A DNA stretch of 43,533 bases from Chloroflexota bacterium (lineage in GTDB: Bacteria > Chloroflexota > Anaerolineae > Anaerolineales > UBA4823). Numbering within the stretch: position 1 is the first letter of the stretch; each line of letters starts with the position of its first letter. Of the stretch, positions 18,172 through 24,306 are shown one piece after another. Location: assembly GCA_023395675.1 (NCBI GenBank), contig JAEWYL010000205.1, positions 1-43,533 of the forward strand, written 5' to 3'. The notes beneath the pieces are model-generated. The model saw only the letters and a program-made list of their open reading frames with translations, had not been told where the DNA came from and searched no databases. The translations under genes were made by a program, and so were the position numbers.

Positions 18172-18540
18172 TTATGCCTCGATCGTGAATTCCTTGACCG
18201 GCTGGCCTCCGAGGACGTGTTCCTTCAAGATCCGTATCGCCACCTCAGGGGTTACCTTGCCGTAGGTTACTTTGGGATTTTCGCCAACCGTCACCTGTAC
18301 GATCGGTTCGCGTTCGCACAGCCCGATGCAGCCGGTTTGGGTCACTACAATGCCGCTCAGGTTGTCAGTTTCAATCTGGTTGAGAAGCGCCTTCATGGTG
18401 TCACGCGCGCCTGCGGCGATCCCGCAGGTGCCCATGGCGACGACCACCTGGGCCTGCCCTTCGGCAGTCTTTACTCTGCGCTTCTCCAGCGCTTCTTCTC
18501 TCAGGCGCTTCAGGTCTTCGATGGATTTGATCGCGGTCAT
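18172..18540 (-). CDS. thioredoxin-like [2Fe-2S] ferredoxin, HndB-like (122 aa)
   Basis: The segments VVVAMGTCGIAAGA and TQTGCIGLCEREPIV are typical of HndB-type small subunits. Its stop lies 2 nt from the NuoF-like start. Confidence 0.75.
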   Translation of the reverse strand: MTAIKSIEDLKRLREEALEKRRVKTAEGQAQVVVAMGTCGIAAGARDTMKALLNQIETDNLSGIVVTQTGCIGLCEREPIVQVTVGENPKVTYGKVTPEVAIRILKEHVLGGQPVKEFTIEA

Positions 18541-18609
18541 CGGTATTCTCCTTCGTATCGTTCAAATCGCCAAATTCTGGCTCTGCCGGGCTGGTGCCGC
18601 CTTGCTGGC

Positions 18610-19230
18610 TCACCGGCCGGAGCTTGTTTCTGTCTCAAGTGCTGAAAAAATCCCGGCGCGGGCTGCCACAGCCTCCCGCACCTGCGCTTCACCGGCTTCC
18701 AGGCTCTCGCGCAGGTAGCGCAGCACCTCCGGCTCGGTGAGGGGGAGGTCGCCCAGGGCCTCTTTCAACTCCCGGTCGTCAAAGCGGAAGTCCACCGGGG
18801 AAAGCTCTCCCGGGAGGTCCGCCCCGTATTCGAACACCCAATGCACCTGCGGGTGAGCGATCAGCAGGGTCAGCCAGGTGCTCGCCAGGTCGCCAAGCGG
18901 CATGCGGTCAATATGGCTGTGCTGGAACCACACCCTCAGCGTTGTTCCCTGGCCCGGGGCGGTCTCGAGCTCCAGACCGCCGCAGCAGGCCTCGGCGGCC
19001 GCTTTGAGCAGCGGGATGCCCAGGCCCACCTTGCGGGTGGTGCGGCTGGTGGTGAAAGGATCGCTCACGCAGGCCGCCAGGGCGGCGTCCATGCCGCGCC
19101 CATCGTCCCGGACAGAGGCGCTGAGCCGGTCGCCGGCCAGGTCTTCGCGCACAGAGACCGTCACGCTGCCGGCTTCCGCGGCGGTCGAGTTCTCTGCAAT
19201 ATCCAGGAGGTGGAGGGCGATCTCTCTCAT
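18610..19230 (-). CDS. stand-alone GHKL (histidine-kinase-like) ATPase domain protein (206 aa)
   Basis: It has an N box (HLLDIAENS), a G1 box (RDDGRGMD) and a G2-like box (GLGIPLL). There is no HisKA/DHp or sensor domain. The ~90 aa C-terminal part is unassigned. It sits between the NuoE-like and HndB-like genes, as in many HydABC operons. Confidence 0.7.
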   Translation of the reverse strand: MREIALHLLDIAENSTAAEAGSVTVSVREDLAGDRLSASVRDDGRGMDAALAACVSDPFTTSRTTRKVGLGIPLLKAAAEACCGGLELETAPGQGTTLRVWFQHSHIDRMPLGDLASTWLTLLIAHPQVHWVFEYGADLPGELSPVDFRFDDRELKEALGDLPLTEPEVLRYLRESLEAGEAQVREAVAARAGIFSALETETSSGR

Positions 19231-19244
19231 CGGCGTTCCGGGTT

Positions 19245-19751
19245 CTAGTCCTGCACCTTCTTCAAGAGCTGCGGGACCTTATTCGGGCGCACGCGCCCGG
19301 TCACTTCTTCGTCAACCACGATCACCGGCGCCTGGGAACAGGCCCCCACGCAGCGGCAGATCTCCAGGGTCACGTTACCGTCCGCGGTGGTCTGGCCGAT
19401 GTCAATCCCGAGGGCCTGCTTGGCCTTCTCGATCAGCTGCGGCATCCCGCCCACGTAGCAGGCCGTACCCATGCAAAACTTGATGGTGTGCTTGCCTCGC
19501 GGCTGGGTGGTGAAGAACGAATAAAAAGTGACCACCCCGTGGATGGAACCGACGGGCACATTCAGCTTCTGGGCAACGTAAGCCTGCATCGGCTCGGTAA
19601 TAAAGCCAATCTGGCTCTGCAGTTCGTTCAGAACGACCATCGTGGCTCCGGGGATGGTGCCGTTCTCCTCCAGGATCTGGTCGATCACGGCCCGTTTTTC
19701 CGGTACCACCAGCGGATCGTTGGCTGGAATGTTCTCTAACAGTTTCGTCAT
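19245..19751 (-). CDS. NuoE-like [2Fe-2S] subunit, HydC/HndA type (168 aa)
   Basis: Cluster motifs are KFCMGTACYVGG (Cx4C) and RCVGACSQAP (Cx3C). I chose ATG 19749-19751 (MTKLLENI) with AGGAG 10-14 nt upstream. Confidence 0.85.
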   Translation of the reverse strand: MTKLLENIPANDPLVVPEKRAVIDQILEENGTIPGATMVVLNELQSQIGFITEPMQAYVAQKLNVPVGSIHGVVTFYSFFTTQPRGKHTIKFCMGTACYVGGMPQLIEKAKQALGIDIGQTTADGNVTLEICRCVGACSQAPVIVVDEEVTGRVRPNKVPQLLKKVQD

Positions 19752-19909
19752 GTTGACTCCGATTCTCCTGCTTGTGAAATTCAGCACAAGTTTAACTTAC
19801 TTGGTCTGGTTTCGTCAGATAACGAATGTCATCTGTAGCACTGAAGGTTGTCCATAATGCGCGCAGGATGGCAGGCTTCCGATCAGACAGCCCCATACCA
19901 CCCTGTGCT
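19752..19909 (-). promoter_or_regulatory. AT-richer 158-nt leader upstream of the NuoE-like gene (candidate operon promoter / 5' UTR)
   Basis: GC is lower than in flanking sequence. The hairpin CTTGTG-cugaauuu-CACAAG (19771-19790) abuts the RBS AGGAG. A weak sigma70-like pair CTGACG...TAAACT is possible but unconvincing. Confidence 0.3.
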
Positions 19910-20653
19910 TTAGAGGATGCGGAGCGAGCGCCCCGCTTCTCCACGCAGGGCCAGGCGGAGCTCGTCCACGCAGGGAGCCTGCAGCTCCAGGCGGTTGGCT
20001 CCCAGAATTTCTTCCAGGCGGTGGGCGTCGCCCCCCTGGAGCAGCGGGTAACCCTCGATTTGCGGGAACTTACGCCCGGCCTCAGCGGGGCTGTGGTGGC
20101 GAGAGATCTCCAGCCCCTCGGCTTCCAGGTCGGGGGGGACCAGGCCCAGGTTGGCGATCAGCCCGAAGGCTTTGCGGTCTACGTGGGCCGGGACGGCCAG
20201 ACCGCCCAGCGCGCGCACCCCTGCGAAGACCTCTTCGATGCTCAGGGCCGCGGAGGTGAGCAGCAGGCGCTCTTCTCGCCGCAGGAAGTCGCCCGTCTCG
20301 TCCACCACGAACTGCTCCCCGAAGAAATCAATATTGTTCTCGATCTGCGGCAGGGCCCGGTCCACCTGCGCCTGCCAGGCCTCCAGCTGTTCGATCCGGT
20401 CGAACAGGCAGAGCACGTGCACTTCCTCCTGGGTCTGGAGCTCCATCCCCGGCAGGACGGTCAGGGCGCTGCCCTGCGCCGCCCGCTGCACAGCCCTGAC
20501 GTTGGCGCTGGCGTTGTGATCCGTTACCGCGATCAGGTGGATGCCGCGCTCCAGCACCTCCTGCACGATCAGGGGAGGGATCATCTCGACCTCGGCGCAG
20601 GGAGAGAGGACGGTGTGGATATGAAGTTCAGCCCGGTAAACCTGCATCACCAT
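19910..20653 (-). CDS. PHP-domain metal-dependent phosphoesterase (247 aa)
   Basis: The N-terminal AELHIHTVLSPCA (HxH), internal AVTDHN and PAHVDR, and C-terminal GGDAH form the PHP histidine/aspartate motif series. Confidence 0.75.
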   Translation of the reverse strand: MVMQVYRAELHIHTVLSPCAEVEMIPPLIVQEVLERGIHLIAVTDHNASANVRAVQRAAQGSALTVLPGMELQTQEEVHVLCLFDRIEQLEAWQAQVDRALPQIENNIDFFGEQFVVDETGDFLRREERLLLTSAALSIEEVFAGVRALGGLAVPAHVDRKAFGLIANLGLVPPDLEAEGLEISRHHSPAEAGRKFPQIEGYPLLQGGDAHRLEEILGANRLELQAPCVDELRLALRGEAGRSLRIL

Positions 20654-20692
20654 CGTGCTCCACTCGCTTCCACCCTGCCTGTCCCGGCTCTC

Positions 20693-21043
20693 TCAGGCCT
20701 CCTCGGTGCGCAGTCCCAGCTTCCACAACCTGCCCACCACCTCGAAGGAGGGGCGGGAGGTGGAGAGCAGGGTCACTCCCTGCTGGTTGGCTTTTTCAAT
20801 GGTGGCGGCATCGGGGCGCGCCCCCTCGGTGATGATCACCGCGCTGAGGTCCAGCAGCCGGGCGACGGCGACAATATTGATATGCGCCTGCAGGGTGACC
20901 CACAGGTGCCCGCTTTTCGCGCCTGCCATGACACAGGACAGCAGGTCGGATACATAGCCGCCTGTGGGCGTGGTTTCTACGAAATTCGCCGGTTCAGTCA
21001 GGATCAACAGGTCGAGCTCTTCGATAATTTTTTGCAGTGTCAT
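20693..21043 (-). CDS. DRTGG-domain-like small protein (116 aa)
   Basis: The pattern is MTLQKIIEELDL...SDLLSCVM...WVTLQAHINIVAVARLLDLSAVIITEGARPDAATIEKANQQGVTLLSTSRPSFEVVGRL. This matches the DRTGG fold pattern (xxTGG replaced by TEG) and the usual ~115 aa stand-alone size. Confidence 0.6.
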   Translation of the reverse strand: MTLQKIIEELDLLILTEPANFVETTPTGGYVSDLLSCVMAGAKSGHLWVTLQAHINIVAVARLLDLSAVIITEGARPDAATIEKANQQGVTLLSTSRPSFEVVGRLWKLGLRTEEA

Positions 21044-21054
21044 GGTTAACTCCT

Positions 21055-21141
21055 AAGTACCTATCCGAAAAATTCTATGTTGTGATGGGGGGCGCAGCCC
21101 CCCGTCACAACCACAAATCATATATTTTTAGGATAGGTTCT
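21055..21141. repeat. nested-palindrome intergenic repeat, copy B (87 nt)
   Basis: Sequence: aagtACCTATCCgaaaaattctaTGTTGTGATGGGGGGCgcaGCCCCCCGTCACAACcacaaatcatatatttttaGGATAGGTtct. The outer inverted arms flank a 15-bp inner stem (one G-U pair). T5/A5 tracts lie on both sides. Its last nucleotides touch the stop codon at 21140-21142. Confidence 0.8.
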
Positions 21142-22132
21142 ACGCCTCTGCAGATTCGCGGAAACTGTCTCGCTCCTGCAGGTAAATGTACATCTCCAGC
21201 CGGGTCCCCTTCCCGGGCTCCGATTCCAGCAGCATGCGGTCTACACAGCGCTGAATGTTCGGCAGCCCCATGCCTGCCCCAAAACCCAGCTCGCGGATCT
21301 CCTCTGTGGCGGTGGAATAGCCCGTCTGCAGGGCCAGGTTCACATCCGGGATACCGGGACCGCCGTCCACCGCCTGCATCTTTATACGGTGCGGCTCGAT
21401 CTCCACCTTGATCATCCCGCCGCTGTTGGTGTGGATGATCAGGTTCATCTCCGCCTCGTACACCGCTATGCCGCAGCGCCGGGCAATCTGGGGGTTGGCG
21501 CCCAGGCGCACCAGGGCCCGCTTGATGCTGCTGGAAGCGTTGCCTCCGTGGATGAAATCACCCGCCTTGATGTGGTAGCGCAGAATCAGACTGGTGCGGT
21601 TCGAATAGATATCCTCAAACAGGTGGCTGGCCCGGTAGCGCCGCACCTCTTCCTCGTGAATATCCTTCTGCAGCGCCTCCAGCACACCGCGAGTGATATC
21701 CCCTTTGGTGATCATGCCCACCAGCTCGCCGTGCTCATCCACCACCGGCAGGCGCCCGACCTTGAAGCGGGCGAAGGTCTCGACCGCTTCGATCAGCGGG
21801 TCGAACTCGTTCACCTTGATCACCCGGCTGCTCATATAATCTCGCACCGGGGCGCCCAGGTCCATATCGGTCATCGCCCGGATCAAATCTTCCAGGCTGA
21901 CCACCCCCACCAGAGTCCCATCCTCGAGCACCGGCATACCGGAGATCTGCTCCTGGCGCAGCAGCTCGAGCACGGCGCGCATGCTGAGCTCCGGGGAGAC
22001 GAACTTCACCGCCCGGGTCATCGCTTCCCGGATCTTGATATCGTAAGCGAGTTCTTCGACCCGGGTGATCTCCTTCGCGTCCTGGTCTGTGATCACCCTG
22101 CGAGATGTGGTGGGGGAATCGGGATCAGTCAT
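21140..22132 (-). CDS. CBS-pair + GHKL ATPase protein (anti-sigma/SpoIIAB-like serine-kinase fold), 330 aa
   Basis: Two CBS motifs are present (AMTRAVKFVSPE...ISGMPVLEDGTLVGVVSLEDL; YMSSRVIKVNEF...VGRLPVVDEHGELVGMITKGDI). A kinase-like ATPase follows (YEAEMNLIIHT, DGGPGIPD, GFGAGMGLPN). I chose ATG 22130-22132 (MTDPDSP), which overlaps the upstream DRTGG stop by 8 nt. Confidence 0.75.
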   Translation of the reverse strand: MTDPDSPTTSRRVITDQDAKEITRVEELAYDIKIREAMTRAVKFVSPELSMRAVLELLRQEQISGMPVLEDGTLVGVVSLEDLIRAMTDMDLGAPVRDYMSSRVIKVNEFDPLIEAVETFARFKVGRLPVVDEHGELVGMITKGDITRGVLEALQKDIHEEEVRRYRASHLFEDIYSNRTSLILRYHIKAGDFIHGGNASSSIKRALVRLGANPQIARRCGIAVYEAEMNLIIHTNSGGMIKVEIEPHRIKMQAVDGGPGIPDVNLALQTGYSTATEEIRELGFGAGMGLPNIQRCVDRMLLESEPGKGTRLEMYIYLQERDSFRESAEA

Positions 22133-22499
22133 CACACTGCTGCTGCTGCAGGTTCCGCTCCATGCTCGGCAGCCCCGCTTCAAAAAGACGCCCGCACAGC
22201 TCGAACATGCCGTACGGGCTTGAGATGAGCGGGATGCCCTCCCGCTCGGCCAGCTGTATGGTTTCGTTGGGCGGCTGCTTGCCGCGCACCAGGATGATGG
22301 CGCGCACATCCGCCATCATCGCCGTCCGCACCACCTGCGGGTTGCACAGGCCGGTGAGCAGGATGGCGTTCGGCTGGATGGAGGCCAGCACGTCGCTCAT
22401 CAGGTCCGCGCCGCAGCCCCCGCTGACTTCGCAGTTCAGGTCGGCTCCATCTGAACAGACAGAGCCTTCGATTAGTTCAATGATCTTCTTCAGCTTCAT
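22125..22499 (-). CDS. DRTGG-domain-like small protein (124 aa)
   Basis: The pattern is MKLKKIIELIEG...ADLMSDVLA...AILLTGLCNPQVVRTAMMADVRAIILVRGKQPPNETIQLAEREGIPLISSPYGMFELCGRL, and it is paralogous to 20693-21043. I chose the start at ATG 22497-22499. No clear RBS is seen, so the start is uncertain. Confidence 0.55.
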   Translation of the reverse strand: MKLKKIIELIEGSVCSDGADLNCEVSGGCGADLMSDVLASIQPNAILLTGLCNPQVVRTAMMADVRAIILVRGKQPPNETIQLAEREGIPLISSPYGMFELCGRLFEAGLPSMERNLQQQQCDD

Positions 22500-22542
22500 G
22501 GATTTTGACCGCCAACAAGTTCCGTGCGCAACAAAGGCGACC

Positions 22543-23328
22543 TCAGGCCGTCGCCAGGATACGTTCAGGATGGGTATAAAGGTTGAAGCGGCCGCGGCGG
22601 GCATAACCGATCAGGGTGATGCCCCAGGCCTGGGCCATTTCAATCGAGAGGGAGCTGGGTGAAGTACGCGAGATCACCACAGCCGCCCCCTGCCGGGCTG
22701 CTTTTTGCAGCATTTCCGAGCTGATGCGCCCGGTGGTCAGGATCAACCTGCGTTCAAGCTGGATGCCTTCCAGCAGGCAGCGCCCCGCGAGCTTATCCAG
22801 GGTGTTGTGCCGCCCGATATCGTCGGCTGTGAACAGGATGCGCTCGCCGTCGCTCAGGGCGGAGGTGTGCACCCCGCCCGTGCGCCGGTACAGCTCCTGG
22901 TTTTCGAACAGCTCGCCGATCAGGCTGCATACCTGCTCGGGGTTCAGGCAGTCCCCATTCAGGCTGGGGGAGGGCAGGCGGCCCTCCACCGAGGTAAAGC
23001 CGCCCGTGCAGCCCGAAGTGCGCCGCCAGCGGGAGGGCTGCTCCACCGGGTGGTGCAGCCAGACGTCCACGTTGTCGCCCCGCCCGCAGACGTGCACCGA
23101 GGCCACCTCGGAACGGTCCGTGATGACCCCTTCGTTAAACAGGAAACCGGCCGCCAGGGCCTCTAGGTCCACCGGCGTGCACATGAAGGTCAGCCAGACC
23201 TCGCCGTTCACCGTCAGGGAGACGGGCTTTTCGACGATGGTTTCGCCGCTGTACGCCTCGCCCTGGTCTGGTCCGCTTTCCGTTGACCGGTACTGGTAAT
23301 ACTGGATGGCTTTCTCGGCTCTTTCCAT
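22543..23328 (-). CDS. fdhD: formate dehydrogenase accessory sulfurtransferase FdhD (261 aa)
   Basis: FdhD pattern throughout: VSLTVNGE, TPxDLEALAAGFLFNEG, a Cys loop TSGCTGG, GGVHTSAL, DIGRHNTLDKL and GRISSEMLQKAA. Confidence 0.88.
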   Translation of the reverse strand: MERAEKAIQYYQYRSTESGPDQGEAYSGETIVEKPVSLTVNGEVWLTFMCTPVDLEALAAGFLFNEGVITDRSEVASVHVCGRGDNVDVWLHHPVEQPSRWRRTSGCTGGFTSVEGRLPSPSLNGDCLNPEQVCSLIGELFENQELYRRTGGVHTSALSDGERILFTADDIGRHNTLDKLAGRCLLEGIQLERRLILTTGRISSEMLQKAARQGAAVVISRTSPSSLSIEMAQAWGITLIGYARRGRFNLYTHPERILATA

Positions 23329-23445
23329 ACGGTAACGTCACTCTGATCCGGCCGGTAATTCCGGTCGAATCAAGGAATAGGTGCGGTTTCGTTCGCTATC
23401 AGATTTCGATTCTAGCAGAAAGGGGTAGGCGTCAGAAGCGCATAA

Positions 23446-23464
23446 AGTCACCTTATGGGTGACT
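23446..23464 (-). terminator. short hairpin spanning the phosphoesterase stop codon (weak terminator candidate)
   Basis: AGTCACC (23446-23452) pairs with GGTGACT (23458-23464) as a 7-bp stem with a 5-nt loop. T-rich sequence lies on both sides (TTTT on plus, TTAT on minus). Confidence 0.3.
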
Positions 23465-24298
23465 TTTCGTCATGAATTCCCGTACCGAGGCTTCCATGCT
23501 CAGCTCGCCAGACAGGCAGCGCTGCTGGTACTGGCAGGCCCACTGGAAGAGCTGCGAGCGGGCCTGCCTCAGTTCGATCAGCACCAGTTCGGCCAGCGGT
23601 CCGGCCTCGGGGATGAACCCGGAGCGGAAAAAGTCCGCCGCCGCGGCCTCCAGGTCGTAGGCCACGCGCACCACTTCGGCCCGCCAGCCGGAGGAGGCCC
23701 AGGTCAGGCGGGCATAGGAGGGGCGCGGATCGAGGTCGAAGGGCAGCCCCGCGGAGCCCGCGTTCACCACCAGGGTGTCCTTCAGCCGGCGCACCAGGGG
23801 GCGGTGGGTGTGCCCCACGCAGAGCAGCGCCGGGGAGGGGGCGATCTGTTTCTTCAGGGTGGAGTCGAGGGTTTCCGGGTAGATGCCGTCGCGGTTGCCC
23901 CGCATGGAGGCGTGCACCACGCGCACCTCACGCCCGTCCGGGCCCTCCAGGCTCTGCTGGAAAGGCATCGCCTCCAGCGGCGCAATATCGCCCCCCAGGC
24001 GGCAGTAGGTCCAGTACGAGCCGCGGTGCACCTCCAGCTCGGTCTCCGAGCGTGGCGCATCCGGATGGGCGTGCAGCATGACGTAATCCTCGTGGTTGCC
24101 CCGCACCAGACGCCAGCCCTGCTTGTCCGCTTTCTCCAGGGCCAGGGCCAGGCACTCCGCCGGGCGCGGCCCGCGGTTGACGATATCCCCGGCGATGACC
24201 ACCTCGTCCGGCCTCCAGGATTCGATATCCGCCAGGACAGCCCGGAAGGCCGCCAGGTTGGCGTGGATGTCGGAGAGCACCGCGATCTTCATGCGCAC
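23453..24298 (-). CDS. calcineurin-like metallophosphoesterase (281 aa)
   Basis: Motif series: SDIHAN (DxH), AGDIVNRG (GD), RGNHE (GNHE) and VGHTH (GH). The track start is GTG 24298. ATG 24292 (MKIAVLSD) is equally possible. Confidence 0.85.
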   Translation of the reverse strand: MRMKIAVLSDIHANLAAFRAVLADIESWRPDEVVIAGDIVNRGPRPAECLALALEKADKQGWRLVRGNHEDYVMLHAHPDAPRSETELEVHRGSYWTYCRLGGDIAPLEAMPFQQSLEGPDGREVRVVHASMRGNRDGIYPETLDSTLKKQIAPSPALLCVGHTHRPLVRRLKDTLVVNAGSAGLPFDLDPRPSYARLTWASSGWRAEVVRVAYDLEAAAADFFRSGFIPEAGPLAELVLIELRQARSQLFQWACQYQQRCLSGELSMEASVREFMTKSHP

Positions 24299-24306
24299 AG
24301 GCTCCG

